In this document: one piece after another, positions 36,709-45,061 of the stretch
Position numbering within the stretch: the first letter of the stretch is position 1
Layout: the number at the start of each line of letters is the position of its first letter
IMG/VR virus record: IMGVR_UViG_3300032053_000025
Coordinates: 1 to 64,000 of that record
Origin: a virus
Strand: one strand, 5' to 3'
DNA length: 64,000 nucleotides
Translations under genes and position numbers: made by a program
Notes under the pieces: model-generated
Told to the model about the DNA's origin: nothing
Seen by the model: only the letters and a program-made list of their open reading frames with translations
Databases searched by the model: none

Positions 36709-37756
36709 ATTTTTTGGACTCCATAAAAGTATTAGGGGCGGTTAAACTCACAATTAATTTAACTTTAGCTTGCATTAATTTAGTTTGATACCAAGGTAGA
36801 TTAGTCGAGGTATCTATAGTTTTAGTCCAACTCACAGGCTCCACATTCTCATAATATACATCCCATAATGGAATCCAATCCTCCCAAACATCCCCACTTA
36901 ATTCTAATGGAAATCTACATATAGTCTGCCCCTCAACTATTAATCTATACCTATTATCCCCTGTTTTTACAAAATATTGATTAGACCAAATTGAATCTAC
37001 AATTGAAGCCGAAGTTACCTCTTCGGATTCAGTATATAAAATACTTTTATACCTGCCAGTTCTATATACCTCCCCACCGGGGCCGGCAGATGTAAATCCA
37101 CTATTATACAAATCATATATAGGTAAAGTTGAATCAAACGGGCGACGCACATGCACTGAAACCATACCCGCAAAGGAAAAAAAACCATCCTTTTCCTCCT
37201 GAGTCTGTAATCGCCAGCCCACGTAGGGAGTCGTTGACCAATAAGGGAAAATAGGGTATTTGCAATAAGAATTTTCGTCCCAAGGATGATAATACAAAAA
37301 ATGAGCAGTAGCAGTGCCAGGAACGGGGTGGTCCTGGCCTTTATAGATTAATTCTCCTTCGCTATAAAGCTCCATTTCATCATAATGATAAGTAAAGGTC
37401 CCTACATTATCGGCAATTCCAGAAAAAGGAAGTGCCCCCGGAATATTAAATATAGCTTTAGCATTAACATAAGGAAGCATATCTTCACTAATATCTAAAT
37501 CAATAGAAAAAGTATATGGAATCGGAGTATAAAATACCTTATTCATTATATCTGGCACATTCCTATAATCAATTGAAACTTGGGTGCCACCCACTTGAAT
37601 AACCTGCCATGCAGTTTCATAAGCAGGTTTAGCAATTAAACTATCCTGGGTAAGAATAGGAGTAACCTTATGAATAATTTTATTAGTCTTATTCTTAATT
37701 GTCTGGGATTGCTCCCACATTTTAGCAATTTTATTTTTGTTTTGTTTGTATAACAC
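36698..37756 (-). CDS. Putative receptor-binding/tail protein, KNK-W paralog 2
   Basis: YKQNKNKIAKMW N-terminus; aromatic-rich central insert. Confidence 0.55.
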   Translation of the reverse strand: MLYKQNKNKIAKMWEQSQTIKNKTNKIIHKVTPILTQDSLIAKPAYETAWQVIQVGGTQVSIDYRNVPDIMNKVFYTPIPYTFSIDLDISEDMLPYVNAKAIFNIPGALPFSGIADNVGTFTYHYDEMELYSEGELIYKGQDHPVPGTATAHFLYYHPWDENSYCKYPIFPYWSTTPYVGWRLQTQEEKDGFFSFAGMVSVHVRRPFDSTLPIYDLYNSGFTSAGPGGEVYRTGRYKSILYTESEEVTSASIVDSIWSNQYFVKTGDNRYRLIVEGQTICRFPLELSGDVWEDWIPLWDVYYENVEPVSWTKTIDTSTNLPWYQTKLMQAKVKLIVSLTAPNTFMESKKYAI

Positions 37757-38186
37757 CTATGTCCCTCCAATTATTAATATACAAATAAAAATTTGCTAAT
37801 AATGGGCCTTGACCTGCCCAGCTCCCAACAGAAATATAAACAAAGGCATAGAAATTATTATTCAATTCTCGAACAAACATAACAACAGAATTCATGCTTG
37901 GTTCTACCCCATAATCTGCTTTAGAAAAAGGAATAAATACAGGTACCAATTTTAAATCTGAACTATCAGAAGCTTCCCAATTATCTAATTTAATTTCAGC
38001 ATAATAAGGAGCATCATAAACCACATTATAATTCTCTTCAATTAGGTATATATTTTTCCCTTTTTGATAGTTGGCAGACTTATAATTAATATTCAATCGT
38101 TCAATTTGGGCAACTGTAAGTTCATTACGTTGGATTTGTTCCCAAATTAAAGATAATTTATTTTTTGTTTGGTTATAGTTTTCCAT
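37731..38186 (-). CDS. Putative tail protein, KNK-W paralog 1
   Basis: YNQTKNKLSLIW N-terminus; directly downstream of the large tail protein. Confidence 0.55.
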   Translation of the reverse strand: MENYNQTKNKLSLIWEQIQRNELTVAQIERLNINYKSANYQKGKNIYLIEENYNVVYDAPYYAEIKLDNWEASDSSDLKLVPVFIPFSKADYGVEPSMNSVVMFVRELNNNFYAFVYISVGSWAGQGPLLANFYLYINNWRDIGVIQTKQK

Positions 38187-41100
38187 TATTTTATTTCTTC
38201 TCCAGTAGATACATCATATTTAGAACATTGCTTAATAAGTTTCTCTGGGATAGGTAAAGGTTCTACAGGATAATAATTATTCACCCCACCTGAAACGGGG
38301 ATTGAATTTGCTTGTGTATCAAAAGGAACATTGTCTGCTTGAAGATCCGCAGACATGCTTGAAGCATCAATAGTTAAAGTCTTAACAATTAAAGGGAATC
38401 CATTATCATTCTTATAAATATTTAGCATCGTGGTGTTGACCAAATTAATCCTGCTTAATAATGTTACCCCATAAAATTCGATTGCATCTAAAGTTAACTT
38501 AATTGAAGCTGAAGTTTCAATTTTACTTGTATCCCCATTAGAATCACATAATAGTTTATATTCTTCTAAGGCTACGGCCTTGGCAAAAGCAACATTATCA
38601 TAATGTTCGGCAATAACCCAATATAAACCATCTTCCTTCTCTTCTAATTTAGCCTTAGCAATATATCTTCCATTTGCACAAGATACCTCTTTATAAGGAG
38701 CAGAGCCTACATAATAATATCCCAACTCAGTCTCTTTATTTTCGCGCACCGACTGCCTTTTGTAACCAGCATTTACAAACTTAAACAAACTATTAGCCAC
38801 AGGCTGAAGAGAAGTTCCAACATAATAAGAACCCCAAACCCCATTAGGCATCCAACCATAACCAAAATCTCCAGGAAGGCCAAATTTTTCAATAGATACC
38901 CACCAAAAATAAGTAAAATTGGGTACAAATTCAAATGTACCATTATTCAATTTATCTATCTCATAAGTCCCGGGATTAAACGAACTCCATAAAGCTACTT
39001 GCTCCTCAATTTGAGTACCTAAATCAACCATTATACCTCTGCAATCTTCGTCAGAAGCCTGCTCATTAGTAGGAACTATAGTTTTGACTATAGGTTTATT
39101 TATTTTAATATTGTTTACAATAACATCATACCAATGTAATTGAGAATTTAATGTAACCAAAGGAAGTTCAATAATATTAGCGTTTTTAGCAGCATAACCT
39201 AAACAAGAAAGGCTTATTAATTCGGATTTACTATCCATATCAATATCATTAATATAACCATCAAAAACAAGCCTGCTTCTAATGTAAATTTTAATCCTAT
39301 TCTTACTTGTTATAGGAGAATCAACTCCTGCTAAAGTATGATTGGGGTCATCATGTTTCCTTATTAAATTAAAAGTAGCGGTAGCAGTAAATGCAGTTTC
39401 ATCACCACTATCTTGATAAGTAACTTTAATTGAAGGTAATTGTACATCGCTTAATAAAACATCGGTACCCCCAACATCTAAATATACAGAAAAATCATCT
39501 AAAATAATATTATCGAAAGTTGAAGGAGATAAATTTGCGAGTTTGTTAAAACATAGTTTAGTATTAACAAAATAAACATACTTTTGTAAAAATGCAAGTT
39601 TAGTATTGATAATCTTCTTAAATACAAAGGCTAATAATGTTTGAATCTTATATGAAGTTTCCTTAAGAAACGCTAATTTAGTATTGATAATTGAAGCTTC
39701 GCTTTCATCCAATAAATATAAACTATCTTCCTCTGTATCCCCTACATAAGTAAAATTAAAATCCTCTTTGATACTTATTGAGTTTAATTGTATTGTATCT
39801 CCCGTAGGAAAAGTAGTTCTTATTGAAGGATCTAATAAATCGAATTTGACTATATTTCCATTATCACAAGCAATATAACCTTGATGAGTGGTAAAATTAA
39901 TTGCTATGGCTTTAGCCTTGCTTTCGGACAAAGTATAGGTTTCGGAAGTGGGAATAGCTTCATCAATATTTACTTTGATTAGGGTAGCTGGAGTTGTATC
40001 TGTAATTATATATAAACTATCATCATGAATAAATTTAGATTCATATAAACTTCCAAATCTAATATTGGAAGTTATTGAAGCATTGGCAACCTTGTAAAAT
40101 TGGATATTTGAGGTTATTGATTCTTGAACATTAGACTTGTAAAATTTAATGTTTGAATTAATTAACTCTTGAATTCCTATTTTATAAAATGTAATATTAG
40201 AATTAAGAACTTCTTGGACTCCAGCTTTGTAAAATTTGATATTAGAATTAATAGAGGAAACTACTGTTTTATAAAATGTAATTAACGAGATTATACTCTC
40301 CGAATTAGTTGATCCATAAAAATAAATATTAGAAGTTATAGTTTGATTGTTCGTCTTTTTAAATAGAACATTAGAATTAATTGATTCTGAGCCCCTTAAA
40401 GTAATAAATTTGATATTGGAGGTTATAGATTCAGTTGCAGTTTTATAGAATTTGATTAAAGAATTAATGCTTTGATTATTAATTTTCTTAAATAAAATAT
40501 TAGATGTTATTGATGAGGTTGCTACTTTGAAAAATTTAATTATTGAGGTTATTGTTTGGGAATTAGTAACTACTTCATTAAACTCATAACATCCCATGTC
40601 GGGATTTGCCCCTGAATAAGTTTCTACATATCCGGAAACCACAACCCCTGCATTTTTACAGGGGGAATTTGTAGGCCATGTAGCTACAGTTGCCGAATCG
40701 AACAAAGGATTGGTAATTATATCATTTGCTCCCAAATTACCATTGCTCCGATTTGTCGTATTATTATAAAAACAATTATAGTTTTCTGTTATTGTATTCC
40801 CATATAAAGCAACTCGATTGCCCTCAAATATACAATCATATGCTGTTATGGTTCCATTATCTGTTCTAAACGCCGAAGAATTGCTCCCCCCATATGTTAC
40901 TCCAAAACCCCGTATTGTACTTTTATAACCTTTGGTTCCTCCACCTAAATTATATGTAGCAAAAACTATGTTTGTCCAGTTAATCGCTCGTATGAAACAA
41001 TTTCTAATATAAACCAAATTTCCAGTATTGGTGCTTGTAGCAATAACAGTATTATATGTTTTTTCTCCAGCAATAAAATCCTTATCATAAATAATAGTTA

Positions 41101-41416
41101 AATCTTGTAATGTAATATTACATCCTGTTGCTGTAAAACCCAACCAAGTACCCCACGAAGAATTCCAACTCTGAACCGAAGTTGCGGGTTTAATAATTAC
41201 TTTAGTCCAATCCCCCGAAGTACCCCGTATAGTAAGAGTAGCTAAAGTAGATATCAACCCAACTTCATCGTCATATGTCCCATCTGCCAACCATATAGTG
41301 TCGGTGGTTGCAGCAACAGAGACTGCCTTGCCAACAGTTTTGTATGGATGTGCCTGACTCCCATCACCCGGAGCGGCATCCAAACCATCTATGTCATCTA
41401 CATACCAATTTGCCAT
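38186..41416 (-). CDS. Large tail tip/fibre protein: beta-helix N-domain, beta repeats, propeller-like segment, hub-like C-terminus
   Basis: WYVD...GDGSQAHPYKTV..A..DTIWLADGTY beta-helix start; SPCKNAG...PDMGCYE; repeats; VFDGYINDID hub-like motif. Confidence 0.7.
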   Translation of the reverse strand: MANWYVDDIDGLDAAPGDGSQAHPYKTVGKAVSVAATTDTIWLADGTYDDEVGLISTLATLTIRGTSGDWTKVIIKPATSVQSWNSSWGTWLGFTATGCNITLQDLTIIYDKDFIAGEKTYNTVIATSTNTGNLVYIRNCFIRAINWTNIVFATYNLGGGTKGYKSTIRGFGVTYGGSNSSAFRTDNGTITAYDCIFEGNRVALYGNTITENYNCFYNNTTNRSNGNLGANDIITNPLFDSATVATWPTNSPCKNAGVVVSGYVETYSGANPDMGCYEFNEVVTNSQTITSIIKFFKVATSSITSNILFKKINNQSINSLIKFYKTATESITSNIKFITLRGSESINSNVLFKKTNNQTITSNIYFYGSTNSESIISLITFYKTVVSSINSNIKFYKAGVQEVLNSNITFYKIGIQELINSNIKFYKSNVQESITSNIQFYKVANASITSNIRFGSLYESKFIHDDSLYIITDTTPATLIKVNIDEAIPTSETYTLSESKAKAIAINFTTHQGYIACDNGNIVKFDLLDPSIRTTFPTGDTIQLNSISIKEDFNFTYVGDTEEDSLYLLDESEASIINTKLAFLKETSYKIQTLLAFVFKKIINTKLAFLQKYVYFVNTKLCFNKLANLSPSTFDNIILDDFSVYLDVGGTDVLLSDVQLPSIKVTYQDSGDETAFTATATFNLIRKHDDPNHTLAGVDSPITSKNRIKIYIRSRLVFDGYINDIDMDSKSELISLSCLGYAAKNANIIELPLVTLNSQLHWYDVIVNNIKINKPIVKTIVPTNEQASDEDCRGIMVDLGTQIEEQVALWSSFNPGTYEIDKLNNGTFEFVPNFTYFWWVSIEKFGLPGDFGYGWMPNGVWGSYYVGTSLQPVANSLFKFVNAGYKRQSVRENKETELGYYYVGSAPYKEVSCANGRYIAKAKLEEKEDGLYWVIAEHYDNVAFAKAVALEEYKLLCDSNGDTSKIETSASIKLTLDAIEFYGVTLLSRINLVNTTMLNIYKNDNGFPLIVKTLTIDASSMSADLQADNVPFDTQANSIPVSGGVNNYYPVEPLPIPEKLIKQCSKYDVSTGEEIK
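40052..40564 (-). repeat. About 12 tandem 14-15 aa repeats (consensus ESITSNIKFYK)
   Basis: QTITSIIKFFK, SSITSNILFKK, QSINSLIKFYK, ESITSNIKF, ESINSNVLFKK ... ASITSNIRF. Confidence 0.85.
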
Positions 41417-41417
41417 T

Positions 41418-41837
41418 TTATTCTCCTACCATAAAGTTGCCAGTTAAATCGTCTATTTGAAATATAATCTTATGATTTTCATTGGTTATTGAATTATACT
41501 GTAACCCCAATATATGTTTAGTATTAATTATATCTTCTATTTGTTGCCCTACTGCAAGCAAGGTATCCCGTTTCCTATAATAAATTAATCTTATATTATG
41601 CTTGCCTTTATTAAATTCAAATACTTCTTCCTGCCGTTCGCCAAATCCTATTATACCTAATAAAACATCAACCATAAATACTTTAGATTTATCCTTGTTT
41701 AATAATAAGAAATATGATATATCGGAGAATCGTTCCCGTACTTCGGTCCAATGTATATCTAAACCGTCGGCCCCATGTTGTTCGATTGTGGAGTTATCCT
41801 TAAATATAACTATCCAATTAAAATTTAGTTCGTTCAT
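41418..41837 (-). CDS. Hypothetical protein
   Basis: AAAGGA RBS before MNELNFNW; RLIYYR, LGLQ. Confidence 0.6.
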   Translation of the reverse strand: MNELNFNWIVIFKDNSTIEQHGADGLDIHWTEVRERFSDISYFLLLNKDKSKVFMVDVLLGIIGFGERQEEVFEFNKGKHNIRLIYYRKRDTLLAVGQQIEDIINTKHILGLQYNSITNENHKIIFQIDDLTGNFMVGE

Positions 41838-41860
41838 TATATTTCCTTTTGTTAAATGGT

Positions 41861-42766
41861 TTACATCTTGTCTTGAAAAAAATTTACCCAATAAGTTCTA
41901 TTATAATTGGCTCGGACATTACATATAAGGCATAAAGTAAGCAAATTATTTTTATTACAATTGTCTTTGTTATAATCTATATGATGTACATGCAAAATCT
42001 CGTTAAATTAGGCTAAATGTTCTTCTTCGGTCATGCCACAATTCTGGCATTTGTAGTCGTCGCGTTTACGGATTAAATCTTTTAACTGGCAATTAAATTC
42101 ATATGGATATTCTCCTTTAGAACATCCACCCAACCAATTTGGGTTTTTATCTCCTCGGAATTTTTCACCATTACCATAATTCGGGTTGTTTGGTCCTTCC
42201 ATATGTCTATTCAACTGGGCCATACTGAATTTAGCTTTAACTTCGGGGCGTTTAGAGGAAGAACGATCCCCCCGTAATTTAAAATTAGGTCTATAGCCTT
42301 TAATATATTCAGAAAACCCATATAGATTTAAATATTTGCAGATAGTCCCATAACTCAACCCATACATCTTGGCAATATCAGTACTAGACTTCAATTCTAC
42401 TACATACAATCTATATAAATCTTCTTTTTTAATTTTGACTTCGTTTCCCTTGCTTCCACAATTTCTAATAGAAACTCCTGCTTTTTTTAATCGAACTATA
42501 AGAGCACCACAAGACATATTAAATTGCTTAGATAACTCCGTTGTGGGTTTGCCTTCTTGGCAATACAATTTTATTAACAAATCAGAATCAATATACCTGC
42601 GTTCTTTACACAAATTATGATGGCGAGGAATATCATATCTCCATAAATTTTTTATCACTGCTTTGCGAGTACAATTTAGGATAATGGAAACGTCTCCCGC
42701 TGAATTATTTTCTTCGACATATAATTTATATAAAAGTTGTTTATCTAAAACTATTTTCTTGCTCAT
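41861..42766 (-). pseudogene. HNH homing endonuclease with HTH repeats, interrupted by an in-frame TAA at 42008-42010
   Basis: Reading through the stop gives CQNCGMTEEEHLA*FNEILHVHHIDYNKDNCNKNNLLTLCLICN...QDKM*. Confidence 0.8.
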
Positions 42767-42847
42767 TAATGGCTCCTGGCGGTTCCATTGTATTGAACCC
42801 GCCTATCTATAACATTTTATTGTTATAACTACTTGCGATTAAACAAG

Positions 42848-43342
42848 TTACAACTCGTCCCATTGGACTTTGATGACCTTCTCATTTCCAACTCCTGTAG
42901 GCGTACTTACACTCGAACTAGTCTGCAAAACAATATACTTAGAATATCCAACTTCGGTAAATAAAGTCTCATCTTCAAGAGACTCATCTTCCAAGGATTG
43001 AATAGCCAAAGCACTTTCGATAGCTGTAGGAATTGCACTTACAGCCTTAGCAGATTCAGTATTAACTGGTTGTGTATAAGTCTGATTAGCTATAGCCTTA
43101 ATTAACTCATCCGTTTTGTAAGTTCCCGATAACTTAAACAATTTCATGTTTGATAATTCGGCAAATGTTCCACCAACCTTAATTTTAAGATATTTCTCAA
43201 ACGAAAATTCTCCTACTGCAACCTTATAGGTTGAAGTATTAAGATTAGGCGAATCGTTTGACCCGAAGTTTAAATTTGTTAAACTATCGGTAACTGATTG
43301 TCCAACACCATTTGCTTCCGAAAAACTCACGCTTGCTGGCAT
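42848..43342 (-). CDS. Putative tail structural protein
   Basis: beta-rich, within the tail module, strong RBS. Confidence 0.55.
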   Translation of the reverse strand: MPASVSFSEANGVGQSVTDSLTNLNFGSNDSPNLNTSTYKVAVGEFSFEKYLKIKVGGTFAELSNMKLFKLSGTYKTDELIKAIANQTYTQPVNTESAKAVSAIPTAIESALAIQSLEDESLEDETLFTEVGYSKYIVLQTSSSVSTPTGVGNEKVIKVQWDEL

Positions 43343-43380
43343 GGTTCTCACCCCCTTTCTTTAAATTGTTGTATATCTAT

Positions 43381-43944
43381 CTAACTAATTGTAAATATCT
43401 CATAACTATTCCCCGATTCGATACTAACCTTCACCAAATCAATAGGAGTATTCGATGTATAAATCCATAAGTTACCACTTGCATCTAAATCGATCCTTTT
43501 AGCATTACTTACTAATTGCCCAGACTCATCTAAAGTTAATGTTGAAACAAATGTAAATGCAGCATAATCCACTAATATTATTGAGGTTATTGAACCTCCA
43601 ATTAAAAAGTATAAGTAAGTATCATCATTAATTAAATCTACCGAAGGTTCTGTAATTCCTAAAGGTAAAGCTAAGTATGTTGCAACCATTGTAGATATTA
43701 CTACTTGGACGGCCAAATTAGTGTCATCATCTAAACATAAATATAGATTAAGCCCGCCAACCATAATCCTTGTAATTTCGGTGGCGGTTATTGCTAATTC
43801 ATAGTAAACTATAGAAGGATCGAATGCGGAGCATTTTAATAAATAGCAAGTATCTTCTACAGAGTCTGTGACTCCTAAATAAAGATAATTGCCAGATATT
43901 ATGCTGGCTGTTATTGTTCGATTTGGATATGTATAATTTTTCAT
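43381..43944 (-). CDS. Putative tail protein, beta-propeller-like
   Basis: Repeated YLYL/LYL strands; LWIYTSNTPIDLVKV resembles LYIITDTTPATLIKV in the 1076-aa protein. Confidence 0.5.
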   Translation of the reverse strand: MKNYTYPNRTITASIISGNYLYLGVTDSVEDTCYLLKCSAFDPSIVYYELAITATEITRIMVGGLNLYLCLDDDTNLAVQVVISTMVATYLALPLGITEPSVDLINDDTYLYFLIGGSITSIILVDYAAFTFVSTLTLDESGQLVSNAKRIDLDASGNLWIYTSNTPIDLVKVSIESGNSYEIFTIS

Positions 43945-43964
43945 TTGATTGTCCTTTAATTAAC

Positions 43965-44600
43965 TCACGCTGTGGTAAATATCACTACCAGGCATGGCGT
44001 TTCTAACGCCCCTTCACTATTGGCTTTGATTATGCATTTAAGATTACAATATAAATCCTTTGCGGCCTCAAGAGGGCCCTTACCATCGTTCAAAAATAAA
44101 AAGTGCCCATCTGCGCTAGAACCAAGCTTAGATCCAACCCAATGGTCTCCTGGAGGAGTTAAAGTAGTACAAATCCCCCACCAAAAACTTTGGGTCGGGT
44201 CACCCTCACCTAATGATAGAAAATCAATGGTATCCAAATCACTAGAATCCCATAACTCTAAAACCGGCTCACTACCAGTAATGCCTGAGAAGGCAAAACA
44301 GAATGGATATTGACCTGCCCCATCAGCACTACCAAATCCTAACACTTCCTTCAATAAATTAGCATCATTATCGGCCAAGAAGCATTTTGGCACCTCTACA
44401 GCTATAGCACCAATAGGCACACCAGCGGCCACTATCTTGGCCGTAATAGGCAAGGATTCTCCATCAGCAACACTTACACTACCATTACTAAATAACAAAT
44501 AATCTAATACCAAAGAAAGTAATGTAAATTCTACTCCACTTTCTCCTCTTGCAGAATCTATATCTCCAGTATTAACATATATTGAACACGTTGTAGACAT
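43965..44600 (-). CDS. Putative tail/baseplate structural protein
   Basis: Position after the distal-tail-like gene; AAGGAGG RBS. Confidence 0.5.
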   Translation of the reverse strand: MSTTCSIYVNTGDIDSARGESGVEFTLLSLVLDYLLFSNGSVSVADGESLPITAKIVAAGVPIGAIAVEVPKCFLADNDANLLKEVLGFGSADGAGQYPFCFAFSGITGSEPVLELWDSSDLDTIDFLSLGEGDPTQSFWWGICTTLTPPGDHWVGSKLGSSADGHFLFLNDGKGPLEAAKDLYCNLKCIIKANSEGALETPCLVVIFTTA

Positions 44601-44643
44601 TATTTATTCCTCCTTATAAAATCTTTTAAACTACTATTATCTA

Positions 44644-45060
44644 TCACCAAGAATTGCAACGAAAAGTCAGTTTTAATTCAACTACATTCGTAATATTTCC
44701 ATTAGGCACTCTTTCAATTGCTAGCAATCTTTTAACATTACAATCATAAGTAGCAATCGAAGATTTATCTATTTTTAATACTCCTGGATAATTAATTGGA
44801 ATTGCCGACTCTAAAGTGTCTATTAATGCCATTAAGGCTGTATAATTTGCGCCTTTAAGAAAGAAATGAATAGTTAAATCATAAGCTTTTAAACCACCAT
44901 CAATAACTAAACTTCCTTTGGCCCTAGGATTTTCATGTTCTATAATATGCTTTTCCGTGTGAGGAAAAGGACCACTATCCTTTTGTACATATAGAAATGT
45001 ATATACTAGCGTAGTGCCGTCTGCTTGAAATAACTTGAATGAAGGTTTCCAGTCTGCCAT
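44644..45060 (-). CDS. Distal tail (Dit)-like protein
   Basis: Immediately after tape measure; HENPRAKGSLVIDGG...LTIHF...LTFR tube-like pattern. Confidence 0.55.
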   Translation of the reverse strand: MADWKPSFKLFQADGTTLVYTFLYVQKDSGPFPHTEKHIIEHENPRAKGSLVIDGGLKAYDLTIHFFLKGANYTALMALIDTLESAIPINYPGVLKIDKSSIATYDCNVKRLLAIERVPNGNITNVVELKLTFRCNSW

Positions 45061-45061
45061 T

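Noticed and set aside
36698-37756. Diversity-generating retroelement target
   Set aside because: No reverse transcriptase and no TR/VR repeat pair noticed in the window
42008-42010. Stop-codon reassignment
   Set aside because: A single in-frame TAA; other genes are intact under the standard code, and TAA, TGA and TAG all end genes normally
41861-42847. Group I intron housing the HNH gene
   Set aside because: The flanking genes look complete with their own starts and stops, and the non-coding flanks are too short for a ribozyme core
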